NCBI GenBank assembly: GCA_037190825.1
Contig: JBBCJS010000003.1
Span: forward strand, 1 to 64,000
Reading direction: 5' to 3'
Source: Chiayiivirga flava
GTDB lineage: Bacteria > Pseudomonadota > Gammaproteobacteria > Xanthomonadales > Xanthomonadaceae
DNA: 64,000 nt
Positions 49,434 to 59,746 of this stretch are shown piece by piece. The position numbers and the translations under genes are program-made. A model generated the notes under the pieces. The model saw nothing but the letters and a program-made list of their open reading frames with translations. It ran no database searches and had not been told where the DNA came from. Numbering within the stretch: the stretch's first letter is position 1; each line of letters opens with the position of its first letter.

Positions 49434-51563
49434 TTGAACCCGGGGAGAAGCAGGATGCGGATGGGATTGATGGGAGTGGCGATCGTGCTGGCCGGCATTG
49501 CGCCGACGCAGGCGGCCGGCGCACGGGAATCGGGCAAGGCGGCGATCACGCACGAGGCGCTGTGGACGATGCCGCGCGTGGCGCCGGCGGCGATTTCTCC
49601 GAATGGGCGGCTGGCCGTGGTGCCGGTGCTGGAACCTGCCTACGAGGCCGGCGCGCAGCAGGGCGACCTGTGGTTGCTGAGCACCGACGGCAGCCAGCCG
49701 CCGCGCCGTTTCACCTCCGACGCGGCGAGCGAGAGCGCGCCGGTGTTCAGCCCCGACGGCACGCGCCTGGCCTTCGTCGCCAAGCGCGCCGGCGACGAGG
49801 TGGCGCAGGTCTACGCGATGGAACTGTCCGGCGGCGAGGCACGGCGCGTTACGTCCCTTTCCACTGGCGCGCGGGCGCCGCAGTTCTCGCCCGATGGGCG
49901 GAAGATCCTGTTCGTCAGCGATGTGGACGTGGGCGCGCGGGTGGATGCCGACCAGCGCCGCAACGATGCCGAACGCAAGGCGCGCGACTACAACGCCCGC
50001 GTCTATACCGGCTTCCCGATCCGCAACTGGGACCGCTGGATCGGCGAGCGCCGCCCGCAGGTGTTCGTGCAGCCGCTCGATGGCGGCGAGGCGGTGAACC
50101 TGCTGGCCGGCAGCGCACTGGTGGCCGCGTCCGGATACGGCGGGCGCGGCGGGCTGGGCAGCGAGGAACTGGATGCGGTGTGGTCGCCGGATGGGCAGTC
50201 GGTGCTGTTCGTGGCCAGCCGCAACCGCCACCGCAGCGCGTATGCCTTCACCCACCTGGACATCTGGCAGGTACCGGCCGCGGGCGGCGAGCCGCGCCGG
50301 CTCACCGGCGGCGACGGCGAGGATGCCGACGATGGCTATTCCACGCTGCGTTTCTCGCCCGACGGCAAGCACCTGTTCGCGCTGCTCGGCCCGCGCAGCG
50401 AATCGGTCTACAACGCCACGCGGCTGGCGCGCTTCGACTGGCCGGCGCTGCGCACGCGCAAAGTGCTGGAGGCGCCCGGCACGCTGTCGGTTTCCACCTA
50501 TGCCATCGCGCCCTCGGGCGGCGAGGCGCTGTTCTCGGCCGAGATCGACGGGCAGGAAGCGGTGTTCCGCGGCGGCTTCGACGGCAAACCCGCGCGCATC
50601 GTCGCAAGGCCCGAGCGCGGGCTGTACACCAACCTCGCGCTCGGCGGCCGCGGCCGCGACACGGTGCTGCTGGGCAGCTACGAGAGCGCCACGCAGCCGC
50701 CGGAGATCGTCCGCATCGATCCGGTGCGCGGCGGCCACGCCGCGCTGACGCGCTTCGCCGCGCCGCACGCGGAAAAGCTCGACCTCGCGCCGCTGGAGCA
50801 CTTCTGGTTCGAGCGCGATGGCCGCCGCATCCACAACATGCTGCTGCGCCCGCCCGGTTTCGATCCCGCGAAGAAATACCCGCTGCTGGTGCTGATGCAC
50901 GGCGGCCCGCACACCATGTGGCGCGACATGTGGGTGCTGCGCTGGAACTACCACCTGCTCGCCGCGCCCGGCTACGTGGTGCTGCTGACCAATTACACCG
51001 GTTCTACGGGTTTCGGCGAGGCGTTCGCGCGCGGCATCATCGGCGACCCGCTGCGCGGCCCGGCGCTGGACATCAACCAGGCCGCCGACGAGGCCATCGC
51101 CCGCTACGGCTTCATCGATGCCGGACGCCAGTGCGCCGGCGGCGCGAGCTACGGCGGGCACCTGGCGAACTGGCTGCAAGGCACCACGGATCGCTACCGC
51201 TGCCTCATCAGCCACGCCGGCCTGGTGAACCTGGAAGCGCAATGGGGCACCAGCGACATCGCCTGGTCGCGCGAGGCCGCGTCCGGCGGCCCGGTATGGG
51301 AGCAGGGCGCGGTGTGGCGCGAGCAGAACCCGATCCGCCTGGCCGCCAACTTCAAGACCCCCACCCTCGTCACCTTCGGCGAAAAGGACTTCCGCGTGCC
51401 GATCAACAACGGGCTGGAATACTGGACCGCGCTGCAACGCCAGCGGGTCGAGAGCCGCCTGGTCGTGTTCCCGGAGGAGAACCACTGGATCCTGAAGGGC
51501 GGCAACAGCCGGTACTTCTACAAGGAAGTGCACGACTGGCTGGCGCGGTGGCTGGGCGACTGA
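49434..51563 (+). CDS. S9-family serine peptidase (prolyl oligopeptidase/acylaminoacyl-peptidase-like) with N-terminal beta-propeller
   Basis: Signal peptide; TolB-like propeller repeats (SPDGTRLAF, SPDGRKILF, SPDGQSVLF, SPDGKHLFA); C-terminal alpha/beta hydrolase with GASYGG nucleophile elbow and a catalytic D...H. Confidence 0.85.
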   Translation: MNPGRSRMRMGLMGVAIVLAGIAPTQAAGARESGKAAITHEALWTMPRVAPAAISPNGRLAVVPVLEPAYEAGAQQGDLWLLSTDGSQPPRRFTSDAASESAPVFSPDGTRLAFVAKRAGDEVAQVYAMELSGGEARRVTSLSTGARAPQFSPDGRKILFVSDVDVGARVDADQRRNDAERKARDYNARVYTGFPIRNWDRWIGERRPQVFVQPLDGGEAVNLLAGSALVAASGYGGRGGLGSEELDAVWSPDGQSVLFVASRNRHRSAYAFTHLDIWQVPAAGGEPRRLTGGDGEDADDGYSTLRFSPDGKHLFALLGPRSESVYNATRLARFDWPALRTRKVLEAPGTLSVSTYAIAPSGGEALFSAEIDGQEAVFRGGFDGKPARIVARPERGLYTNLALGGRGRDTVLLGSYESATQPPEIVRIDPVRGGHAALTRFAAPHAEKLDLAPLEHFWFERDGRRIHNMLLRPPGFDPAKKYPLLVLMHGGPHTMWRDMWVLRWNYHLLAAPGYVVLLTNYTGSTGFGEAFARGIIGDPLRGPALDINQAADEAIARYGFIDAGRQCAGGASYGGHLANWLQGTTDRYRCLISHAGLVNLEAQWGTSDIAWSREAASGGPVWEQGAVWREQNPIRLAANFKTPTLVTFGEKDFRVPINNGLEYWTALQRQRVESRLVVFPEENHWILKGGNSRYFYKEVHDWLARWLGD

Positions 51564-51574
51564 GGCGTTCTGTC

Positions 51575-51650
51575 GCCTGCGAGCGGGCTCCTGCAGGGCC
51601 TTGGCTTCTGTAGGAGCGAGCTTGTGCGGGAGCGAGCTTGCCCGCGACCT
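51575..51650. repeat. REP-like element cluster (tgtaggagcgagcttgtgcgggagcgagcttgcccgcgac family)
   Basis: Imperfect palindromes gcgagcgggctcctgcagg / ctgtaggagcgagcttg...cgagcttgcccgcgac in the intergenic gap between the S9 peptidase stop and the purH stop. Confidence 0.55.
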
Positions 51651-53260
51651 CAGTGACGGAAATGCCGCACGCCGGTGAACACCATCGCGATGCCGTGTTC
51701 GTCGGCGGCGGCGATCACCTCGGCATCGCGCATCGAACCGCCGGGCTGGATCACCGCGGCGATGCCGGCCTGCGCGGCGGCGTCGATGCCGTCGCGGAAG
51801 GGGAAGAAGGCGTCGCTGGCCATCACCGAGCCCGGCACCGCGAGGTCCGCGTCGGCGGCCTTGATGCCGGCGATGCGGGCCGAATACACCCGGCTCATCT
51901 GGCCGGCGCCGACGCCGATGGTGCGGTGGTCCCTGGCGTAGACGATGGCGTTGGACTTGACGTACTTGGCGACCTTCCACGCGAACAGCAGGTCGTCGAA
52001 CTGTTCCGGCGTGGGCGCGCGCTTCGTCACCACGTCCAACTCCGCGCGCGTCACCACGCGCGAGTCGCAGGTCTGCATCAACAGGCCCGAACCCACGCGC
52101 TTCACGTCCATGCCGTAGCCGCCATCGCCTGGCGGGATGCGCAGCACGCGCACGTTGGCCTTCTTCGTCGCCACGTCCAGCGCGGCGGCGTCGTAGTCCG
52201 GCGCGATCAGCACTTCGACGAACTGGCGGTCCAGGATGGTCTGCACCGTGGCCGCGTCGAGCGGACGGTTGAACGCGAGGATGCCGCCGAAGGCGCTGGT
52301 CGGGTCCGTGGCGTAGGCGCGCTCGTAGGCTTCGCCCGGCGTGGCGGCGACGGCGACGCCGCAGGGATTGGCGTGCTTGACGATGACGCAGGCCGGGGCG
52401 TCGAACTGGCGCACGCACTCCCAGGCCGCGTCGGCGTCGGCGATGTTGTTGTAGGACAGTTCCTTGCCCTGCAACTGCGTGAACGTGGCGAGCGTGCCGG
52501 GCGTGGGATACAGGTCGCGATAGAACGCGGCCCGCTGGTGCGGGTTCTCGCCGTAGCGCAGGTCCATCACCTTGACGAAGTTGCCGTTGGCCTGCGCCGG
52601 GAACGGCGTGCGCTGCCTGGCGCCTTCGTCCGACGGCGCGTCGATGGCGGACAGGACATCGCTGATGCGCGCGTCGTACTGCGCCACGCGATTGAACGCG
52701 GCCACCGCGAGCGCGAAGCGGGTGGCGGCGCCGAGGGTGCCGTCGTTGGCGTCCAGTTCCGCGACCAGATCGGCGTACTGCGCCGGATCGGTCGTCACCG
52801 CCACGTGCGCGAAGTTCTTGGCCGCCGCGCGCAGCATCGCCGGGCCGCCGATGTCGATGTTCTCGACGATGTCGGCGAAGCGGGCGTCCGGGTCGGTGGA
52901 TACCTTCTCGAACGGGTACAGGTTCAGCACCAGCAGGTCGATCGGTTCGATGCCGTGCTCGGCCATCACCGCGTCGTCCGTGCCGCGCCGGCCTAGCAGG
53001 CCGCCGTGCACTTTCGGGTGCAGGGTCTTGACGCGTCCGTCCATGATTTCCGGGAAGCCGGTGAGGTCGGCCACGTCGCGCACCGGCAGGCCGGCCTCGC
53101 GGATCGCCTTGGCGCTGCCGCCGGTGGAGAGCAGTTCCACGCCGCGTTTCGCCAGCGCCATGGCCAGTTCGATCAGGCCGGTCTTGTCGGACACCGACAG
53201 CAGGGCGCGGCGGATGGCGACGCGGTCGGGCGCGGCCGAAGGAGCGGGGGCAGGGGACAT
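51650..53260 (-). CDS. purH: Bifunctional AICAR transformylase / IMP cyclohydrolase
   Basis: [40 protein letters not shown] (MGS-like domain) plus the AICARFT domain; start refined to 53260; the track-ORF N-extension translates a REP element. Confidence 0.95.
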   Translation of the reverse strand: MSPAPAPSAAPDRVAIRRALLSVSDKTGLIELAMALAKRGVELLSTGGSAKAIREAGLPVRDVADLTGFPEIMDGRVKTLHPKVHGGLLGRRGTDDAVMAEHGIEPIDLLVLNLYPFEKVSTDPDARFADIVENIDIGGPAMLRAAAKNFAHVAVTTDPAQYADLVAELDANDGTLGAATRFALAVAAFNRVAQYDARISDVLSAIDAPSDEGARQRTPFPAQANGNFVKVMDLRYGENPHQRAAFYRDLYPTPGTLATFTQLQGKELSYNNIADADAAWECVRQFDAPACVIVKHANPCGVAVAATPGEAYERAYATDPTSAFGGILAFNRPLDAATVQTILDRQFVEVLIAPDYDAAALDVATKKANVRVLRIPPGDGGYGMDVKRVGSGLLMQTCDSRVVTRAELDVVTKRAPTPEQFDDLLFAWKVAKYVKSNAIVYARDHRTIGVGAGQMSRVYSARIAGIKAADADLAVPGSVMASDAFFPFRDGIDAAAQAGIAAVIQPGGSMRDAEVIAAADEHGIAMVFTGVRHFRH

Positions 53261-53296
53261 GGCGGTTCTCGGTGCGGAACAGGGAGTCTCTGACGC

Positions 53297-53360
53297 AGCG
53301 GTCGCGAGCAGGCTCGCTCCTGCACGGGGATCCATGCGCTGTTGCAGGAGCCCGTGCAGG
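53297..53360. repeat. REP-like element (gtcgcgagcaggctcgctcctgca ... tgcaggagcccgtgcagg)
   Basis: Same family as the 51575..51650 copy, opposite orientation; lies between the fis stop and the purH start. Confidence 0.55.
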
Positions 53361-53365
53361 CGATA

Positions 53366-53641
53366 TCAGGAAACGATGCCGTGCGCGCGCAGCTTCTTGC
53401 GCAGCGTGGCGCGGTTGAGGCCGAGCGTGGCGGCGGCGCGGCTCTGGTTGCCGTCGTGGTGGCGCAGCACTTCACGCAGCAGCGGCGGTTCGATTTCGCG
53501 CAGCACCACGTCGTAGAGATCGTCGGCGGGATGGTCGTGCAGGTCGTGCAGGTAGCGGCGCACGGAGCGGGCGACCACCTCGCGCAGCGACGCGGGCACG
53601 CCGGCGTCGGCGGCCGGGGAATGATGGGCAGGGGTGTTCAC
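53366..53641 (-). CDS. fis: DNA-binding protein Fis
   Basis: 91 aa; C-terminal [29 protein letters not shown] is the Fis signature. Confidence 0.9.
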   Translation of the reverse strand: MNTPAHHSPAADAGVPASLREVVARSVRRYLHDLHDHPADDLYDVVLREIEPPLLREVLRHHDGNQSRAAATLGLNRATLRKKLRAHGIVS

Positions 53642-53746
53642 GCGGGATGAGACTCCGGATGTCGCTGCGGCGCGCGGTCGGCGCGCGCCGTGGGTCGGCC
53701 ATTTTAGCCGTCCCCTTCGGCTTTCGCCACGAAAGCGTGGCGAAGA

Positions 53747-54787
53747 TCAGCGGAAGTCGAACTCGAACGCGACCGCCTGCTTGCCCGGATCGCGCACTTC
53801 CAGCGCCACGCTGGCGGTCTGGCCGGGCTGGATCGTCAGGTCGCGCGCGGCCATGCCCAGGTACTGGTCGGGCGCGAACTCGCGCTGCGCGATGGTCTGG
53901 CCGTTGAGGTCGGACAGGCTCAGGTGCAGGCGCGGCCAGTGCTGCGCCCAGGGCGCGTCGTTGCGGAAGCTGGCGCTGATCAGCAGGGCATCGGGCACGG
54001 AGGGGTGCGGGCGCACGTCGCGCGTCATCAGGCGCATCGCCGAAGGATCGTGCCAGGCCGGCAACGCGCAGCCGAGGCTGGCGCAGGCGCGTTCCAGCCA
54101 TGGGCGCCAGCGCGCGTCGGCGGCCAGATGGTCGCGCTCGGCGTGGATGGATTGCCCGGCCAGCAGCACCAGCAGCGCCGCGACGGCCAGCCAGCGCGGC
54201 CATTGCCGCTGCGCGGGGGCTTCGACGGGAATCGCGGGCGCGGTATCGGGGATGAAGCTGGGCGTGGGAGCGCTGAGGACCGGGTGGAACGGGGCGATGG
54301 CATCACGTGCGATTTCGGCCGGATCGGGCAATACGGCCTGGGTGGCGCCGGATGAGGGCGATGCGCGTTCCGGGGAGGGGTCTTTGTGGTGTGGCGTGTC
54401 CGTTGCGTCCTGATCCGGATCGACGGATGTTCCCGTTTCCGCGGGTGCGGCCTGGTCGCCGGGCATATCGGTGGCGGAAGCGGCGCCGGCGTCGTCGACG
54501 GCATCCAGCGGCTCGATGAAATCCGCGTGCGCGGCGAGCACGTCCACCAGCACGTCGGTGCGTGGCGGTGCAGGCTCGGGTGCCTCGGGTTGTGCCAGGT
54601 CCAGCGTGCCCTGTGGTGGCGCGACGGGCGGCGGCGCGGCGAGGTCCGCCGGTGCTTTGCGCGAGAGGTGTTCGAGTGCATCGAAATCGAGCCCGCAGTC
54701 GGGGCAGCGCAGGCGACCGCGACCGCGCGCGAGTGCTTCGGGCGAGACTTCGAAGGCGATGTGGCAATGGGAGCAGCGGGTGTACAT
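53747..54787 (-). CDS. Zinc-ribbon (MJ0042-type) protein with Pro-rich linker, TM segment and DUF3426-like C-terminal domain
   Basis: MYTRCSHCHIAFEV ... RLRCPDCG zinc ribbon; long Pro/Ala-rich low-complexity region; TM helix WLAVAALLVLLAG; conserved C-terminal beta domain. Confidence 0.7.
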   Translation of the reverse strand: MYTRCSHCHIAFEVSPEALARGRGRLRCPDCGLDFDALEHLSRKAPADLAAPPPVAPPQGTLDLAQPEAPEPAPPRTDVLVDVLAAHADFIEPLDAVDDAGAASATDMPGDQAAPAETGTSVDPDQDATDTPHHKDPSPERASPSSGATQAVLPDPAEIARDAIAPFHPVLSAPTPSFIPDTAPAIPVEAPAQRQWPRWLAVAALLVLLAGQSIHAERDHLAADARWRPWLERACASLGCALPAWHDPSAMRLMTRDVRPHPSVPDALLISASFRNDAPWAQHWPRLHLSLSDLNGQTIAQREFAPDQYLGMAARDLTIQPGQTASVALEVRDPGKQAVAFEFDFR

Positions 54788-54820
54788 GCCAGGTTCCGGT
54801 AGGCGGCTTGCGGGTGGGCG

Positions 54821-55726
54821 TCAGCGACGACGGCCGTCGATCCGCACCCAGTCCTCGCGGGTGTGCACGGCCAGATCGTCGAACCATTGCGCATAGCGTT
54901 GCAGGAGTTCGGCTTCCTGCCCGCGCAGGATGCCCGACAGCGCGATGCGCCCGCCCGCTTCCACGCGGCCGGCGAGCAGCGGCGCGAGCGCATCCAGCGC
55001 GCTGGCGAGGATGTTGGCGACGACGACGGGGTAGGTCGCGGCCGGCTCGTCCTGCGGCAGGTGCACGGCCAGATGCTCCGCGACGCCGTTGCGCTGCGCG
55101 TTGTCGGCGCTGGCCGCGAGCGCCTGCGGATCGTTGTCCACGCCCACCGCTTCGCGCGCGCCGAGCTTGAGCGCGGCGATGGCGAGGATGCCCGAGCCGC
55201 AGCCGAAATCCAGCACGCGTGCGCCGGCAAGATCGAGCGCGTCGAGCCATTCCAAGCACAGCGCCGTGGTCGGGTGCGTGCCGGTGCCGAACGCCAGTCC
55301 CGGATCGAGTCGCACCACCGCCGCGCCTTCGGACTGCGCCTCGGGCGGCAGCTCCCGGTTCCACGGCACGATGAAGGTGCGCGCACCGAAACGCATCGGC
55401 TGGAACCGGTCCATCCACGCCCGCTCCCAGTCCTGGTCCGCCACCGTGCGGAACGCCGCGCCGGAAAGGTCCAGCCCCGGATCGAACGCATCCAGCGCCA
55501 TCAGGACCAGTTCGGGCACCGCATCGCCCGGGAACAAGGCGGTCAGCACCATCTCCCGCCACAACGGCGTCTCGCCGACGCCCGGCTCGAAGATGGCCTG
55601 TTCGTCCGGCGCTTCGGCGTGGGCGTCCATCAAGGTGACGGCCAGCGCGCCGACGTCGTCCAGCGCGGTCTGGTAGCGGGATTCCTCGGCTTCGGTGCAG
55701 GGGAGGGTGAGTTCGAGGTAGGGCAT
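54821..55726 (-). CDS. prmA: Ribosomal protein L11 methyltransferase
   Basis: MPYLELTL start; SAM-binding [20 protein letters not shown]; FGTGTHPTT block; start refined to 55726. Confidence 0.9.
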   Translation of the reverse strand: MPYLELTLPCTEAEESRYQTALDDVGALAVTLMDAHAEAPDEQAIFEPGVGETPLWREMVLTALFPGDAVPELVLMALDAFDPGLDLSGAAFRTVADQDWERAWMDRFQPMRFGARTFIVPWNRELPPEAQSEGAAVVRLDPGLAFGTGTHPTTALCLEWLDALDLAGARVLDFGCGSGILAIAALKLGAREAVGVDNDPQALAASADNAQRNGVAEHLAVHLPQDEPAATYPVVVANILASALDALAPLLAGRVEAGGRIALSGILRGQEAELLQRYAQWFDDLAVHTREDWVRIDGRRR

Positions 55727-55895
55727 GTCAGTCCGGATGGTTGAGTGTCCATATCGAGGGATGCGCGACCGCAACATGGCTCGCCGGATTCTGGTGAGCT
55801 ACCGGGCAGGGATCAAGCATGCCTTTGATGTGCTTGTGACTGCCTGCCGTGTAATGGCACTTGCGTGAATCATGCATTAGGCCATAATGACCATA

Positions 55896-55910
55896 TCAAT
55901 CATATTGATC
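55896..55910 (+). promoter_or_regulatory. Putative operator inverted repeat upstream of the antitoxin gene
   Basis: atcaat-cat-attgat imperfect palindrome in an AT-rich stretch 12 bp upstream of the antitoxin ATG; fits autoregulated TA promoters. Confidence 0.3.
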
Positions 55911-55921
55911 GAGTGGCCGAC

Positions 55922-56194
55922 ATGATTACCGAGATCAGCGCCGTCAACTTCCGCCAGAACCTCGGCGAGATGCTCAACCAGGTGCAGTATCGCAACGACA
56001 GCATCGTCATCAACAAGGATGGCAAGCCAGTCGCGGCGCTGGTCGATGCCGAACTGTTCGCCCGCATCCGGCGCATGCGCGAGCGTTTCGATGCGCTTGC
56101 CGGCCGGATCGCCGAAGCCTATGCGCAGGTACCGATGGAGGAGGGGCTGGCCGAGATCGAAGCCGCCGTGGCGGCCGAACGCGGCCGTCGCTGA
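55922..56194 (+). CDS. Phd/YefM-family antitoxin
   Basis: MITEISAVNFRQNLGEMLNQVQYRNDSIVINKDGKPVAALVDAELFARI; its stop overlaps the toxin ATG (ATGA); the track start at 55865 is probably an upstream extension. Confidence 0.75.
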   Translation: MITEISAVNFRQNLGEMLNQVQYRNDSIVINKDGKPVAALVDAELFARIRRMRERFDALAGRIAEAYAQVPMEEGLAEIEAAVAAERGRR

Positions 56195-56607
56195 TGGCGA
56201 CGCTGCGCGTGGTGCTCGATACCAATGTGCTGGTATCGGGCTTGGCCTACCCGGGTAGCGTGCCGGGGCGCATCGTTGCCGCATGGCGCGAAGGTGGATT
56301 GGACGTGGTGCTGTCTCGCCACATCCTCGACGAGATGGTGCGGGTATTGCCGCGCTTGCCGCGCGTGTCGCTGAGCGATGCGGAAATCCGCGATATGGCC
56401 GACAGTTTCATGTTTCTGGCCGATGTCGTCGAGCCGTCCGGTGTACAGGACGAACGCCTGCGCGACCCGAACGACCGGCCCGTGCTGCTGACCCTGCTGG
56501 CTGGCCATGCGGATTACCTGATCACCGGCGACAAGGACTTGCTGGCGCTGGCCGATCGCCATCCCATCCTTGCGCCGGCGGATTTCTGGTCCCGGCACGG
56601 GAACTGA
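56194..56607 (+). CDS. PIN-domain toxin (VapC-like)
   Basis: RVVLDTNVLVSG ... ITGDKDLLAL PIN motifs; paralogue of the 20505..20957 product. Confidence 0.85.
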   Translation: MATLRVVLDTNVLVSGLAYPGSVPGRIVAAWREGGLDVVLSRHILDEMVRVLPRLPRVSLSDAEIRDMADSFMFLADVVEPSGVQDERLRDPNDRPVLLTLLAGHADYLITGDKDLLALADRHPILAPADFWSRHGN

Positions 56608-56610
56608 ACG

Positions 56611-58902
56611 TCACGGGCCCGGCACGGAATACTCCACGTGCAGGGTCGGTGGCGTGGTGGCGCTCAGGAACAGGTAGTTGTTCGTCGCCGGATGGGAGGC
56701 GAAGCGCAGGCGTAGCTGGGTCTTGCCGGCGAGGTTGATCGCGGCGCGTCCGGCGGCGTCGAACTCGGTCGAGGTGGCGCTGCCGCTGGAGAACTGCGGC
56801 AGCGTCGCGACCGCGCCGGCGCTGGCGATGGCGGCGTAGTCGTCGGCGCCGATGGCGCAGCTTGCGCCGAAGCAGCCGGTCCGCACGTCGATCGCCAGGC
56901 TGTTGCCGCCCGCCCACGGCGAGCCCAGGCCGGAGGCGCGGGTCACGGTGAGGGTGACGCGCCCGATCACCGCGTCGTCCGGTATCTGGGAGGTGTCGAA
57001 CGACAGGACGCTGCGGCTGTTCTTGCCGTCCCAGCCGGTGCCCAGCGCGTAGCCCGCCTGGTTGCCGATTTCGATCGCCCCGCCGCTGGCGTTGGCCTTG
57101 ACGTACTTCGACTCGCCCAGCGCGGCGAACGAGGCAGTGGATGTTCCGCCGCCACCATCACCGCCGTCACCGTCACCGTCACCGTTGCCATCATCACCAC
57201 CACCACTGCATGCCTGTACCGGCCCCTGGCAACTGCCGGCGCCGTCCGCCACCCAGCGGCACTGGCCGCCGCCCTGGGCCGTTTCGCGCATCGTGAAGGC
57301 GCTGGTGCCGAAGGCCAGGTAGCAGGCGGCGTAGCCGTTGCCCCAGGTGATGTGGCCCTGGGCGATGTGGAAGTTGTAGTCGCCGGTCTGGCCGGCGTCG
57401 ATGCCGAAGGCCACGGTGTCGCTGGCCGACAGCGCGGTGCTGTCGGTGGCGGTGACGACGGCGCTCTGCGCTCCGCCGGGCAGGTTGCAGTGCTGCGCGC
57501 TGTACTGGGTGCCGCTGAGCGAGGCGGTCACGCTGCCGCCGGCGCTGAACGCCACAGTCACGCTGGACAGGTTCTCGTTGGCGTCCACTACGGTGCCGCT
57601 GACGGTGGCGCACTGGCCGCTCACGCTGACCGTCGTGCCGCTCAGTACCGGCGGTGCCGGCGGCGGCTCCGGGCCCACGCGGACGGTGATCTGCGCCGGC
57701 GCGCTGGTGCTGCCCGCATCGTCGGTCGCGATCGCGGTGATGCGATACAGGTCGTCGGTCAACGGAGCGCTGCTTGCGTTGAAGCTGGTGCCGGAGAGGC
57801 TCGCATCCAGCGTCTGCACCGGCACCGGGCCGCCGCCGCCGAGGCGGTGCAGGGCGATCGATACCTGCTGCACGGTGCCGTCGTCGTCGCTGGCGGTGCC
57901 GGTGATCGACAGGGCTCCGGCGGTTTCGACGGCGCTCAGGCCGGAGATCTCCGGCGGCAGGTTGCGGCTGACGCGCGCGTTGTGCTGCGCGAACCATCCG
58001 CCGAGAAAGTCGGCGAAGTTGATGCTCTGGTTGCCGATGTAGGAACCGCTCGCGCCGTTGCCGCCGGACCAGGCATGGCCCAGGCCGTTGAGCCACAGCA
58101 TCGCCACGCGGCCGTCCTGCCACTGGTGCAGTTCGGCGGTCTTGCCGGGCATGTCGGTGATCGTGCTGGTGCCGGGCAGCTTGCCCACGCCGTACACGTT
58201 CGCGAAGCCGTTGGCGCTCATTTCGTTGTAGCAGGTGTTGACCGTGGTGTCGGACGTGCCGTGCGCGATCACCGCGATCTGCGTGGCCAGATGGGGCGCG
58301 TGGGTGCCGGCGTAGGTTTCGCAGCGCTGCTTGAACACCGGCGCGGAGACGTTCTCGCAGGTCGAGACCGCGCCGCCTGAGCTGGTGCCGATGGCCGGGC
58401 CGGCGCTGGGCGCGACGCCTGCGAAGATGTCCGGCGCAAGGCACGCCGTCTGCGCCGCGAACGCGGCGCCCGAGGACAGGCCGGCGATGTAGACCTGGTC
58501 CGGGTCGATGTCGCGGGTCTGGCGCAGCGCGGTGGCTAGCGCGATGAGCTTGGCGTAGTCGTTGAAGCCGCGACTCTTGGTGCTGTTCCAGTAGTCCCAG
58601 CAACTGAAGCCGGCCTTGTGCATCGCGTCGGGCACGGCGACGACCATGCCGTGCGTTTCCGCCGCGACTTCGAGCCGGGCTCCCGAGAACGCGGTATGCG
58701 CCTGGGTGCAGCCGTGCAGCACGATCAGCAGCGCACGGCCGCCGCCGACCGGCGATACCGTGTCGGGCGTGTAGATGTTGACGGCATTGAAACCGCCGAG
58801 CGAGACGTTGTTCTGCCAGCTTCCGGCCTGCGCGGCCAGCGGCGGCGAAGCGAGCAATGCGATGAGGCCCAGACGCGCGAGCCAGGTGTGCAAGGTCAAC
58901 AT
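56611..58902 (-). CDS. Secreted PHB-depolymerase-family esterase with tandem Ig-like domains, Gly/Asp-rich linker and C-terminal beta domain
   Basis: 763 aa from signal peptide MLTLHTWLARLGLIALLASPPLAAQA (GGAGGAGGG RBS); esterase motifs LIVLHGCTQ and GLSSGAA; GGGDDGNGDGDGDGGDGGGG linker. Confidence 0.8.
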   Translation of the reverse strand: MLTLHTWLARLGLIALLASPPLAAQAGSWQNNVSLGGFNAVNIYTPDTVSPVGGGRALLIVLHGCTQAHTAFSGARLEVAAETHGMVVAVPDAMHKAGFSCWDYWNSTKSRGFNDYAKLIALATALRQTRDIDPDQVYIAGLSSGAAFAAQTACLAPDIFAGVAPSAGPAIGTSSGGAVSTCENVSAPVFKQRCETYAGTHAPHLATQIAVIAHGTSDTTVNTCYNEMSANGFANVYGVGKLPGTSTITDMPGKTAELHQWQDGRVAMLWLNGLGHAWSGGNGASGSYIGNQSINFADFLGGWFAQHNARVSRNLPPEISGLSAVETAGALSITGTASDDDGTVQQVSIALHRLGGGGPVPVQTLDASLSGTSFNASSAPLTDDLYRITAIATDDAGSTSAPAQITVRVGPEPPPAPPVLSGTTVSVSGQCATVSGTVVDANENLSSVTVAFSAGGSVTASLSGTQYSAQHCNLPGGAQSAVVTATDSTALSASDTVAFGIDAGQTGDYNFHIAQGHITWGNGYAACYLAFGTSAFTMRETAQGGGQCRWVADGAGSCQGPVQACSGGGDDGNGDGDGDGGDGGGGTSTASFAALGESKYVKANASGGAIEIGNQAGYALGTGWDGKNSRSVLSFDTSQIPDDAVIGRVTLTVTRASGLGSPWAGGNSLAIDVRTGCFGASCAIGADDYAAIASAGAVATLPQFSSGSATSTEFDAAGRAAINLAGKTQLRLRFASHPATNNYLFLSATTPPTLHVEYSVPGP

Positions 58903-59128
58903 GGTCCCTCCTCCAGTCATCGACTGTCGGGACGCGCCTCGCGCAGCACGGTCTTCTCTGTTTTCGTCCGCGGCTCCGGTGTGGCCGCATGGCGCGTGCT
59001 GTCTGTATTCGGCCAGGATCGCGTCCCGATCCCGATGGCACTGTAGGCAGGAAGATCGGCCGGCGACTATTGGCCGAAGGTACCAAGGACGGAACTGGCG
59101 TTCCGTCTTTCCCGCACGCTGGTTGTTG

Positions 59129-59746
59129 TCACGATTTCTGGAGCCTCTCCAACGCTCCCGCCAGATTGACGCGGGCTCGAGTTTCGAGGCGCCCGTGGAA
59201 AACCTCGGTGTGGAAGACGCGTTCCCGTTGCATGAACGAGCGCAGTATGTCGCCGCGCCGACGGCGATAGAGCGGGCCGGGAACCCAGCGGTATTCACGC
59301 CGGATGGCGTGCTCGAAGGCGAGGAAGCGATCCTCGTCGGCGCCGAGGATGGAGAGATCGATGTCGATCAGCAGCGCGGCGTCCGGATCGTGCGCCGGGG
59401 CGTCGTGGCAGGTGGCGAGGATCAGGTGGCGAGTATGTTCGACGAGGGCGGGATCGGCGGCATTGTCGTTAAGGAATCGCGCTGCCCAGTCCGCACTTTT
59501 TTCCTCGTTGTCGGCACGGTAGGGGTTGTACACGGCATCGTGGAACCAGATCGCCAGTTCGATGGCATCGGGGCTCGGGGCGAGATGGCGCGAGATGGCG
59601 AGTTTTTCCAGGCAGTCGTGGATGTGTTCGCCGGTGTGGTAGTGCCGGTGGCGTTCGGCGTAGGCGGCGCGCAGGGCGTCGAAGGTCGCCGTGTTCGGTG
59701 GCAGGTGCAGTGCCTGCATCAGGCGTCGCCAGCGTGCTGGTGTCAT
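59129..59746 (-). CDS. HD-superfamily metal-dependent phosphohydrolase-like protein (COG4339-like)
   Basis: RHYHTGEHIHDCL ... IWFHDAVY HD-like His/Asp motifs; start refined to 59746; overlaps the upstream gene by 4 nt. Confidence 0.65.
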   Translation of the reverse strand: MTPARWRRLMQALHLPPNTATFDALRAAYAERHRHYHTGEHIHDCLEKLAISRHLAPSPDAIELAIWFHDAVYNPYRADNEEKSADWAARFLNDNAADPALVEHTRHLILATCHDAPAHDPDAALLIDIDLSILGADEDRFLAFEHAIRREYRWVPGPLYRRRRGDILRSFMQRERVFHTEVFHGRLETRARVNLAGALERLQKS

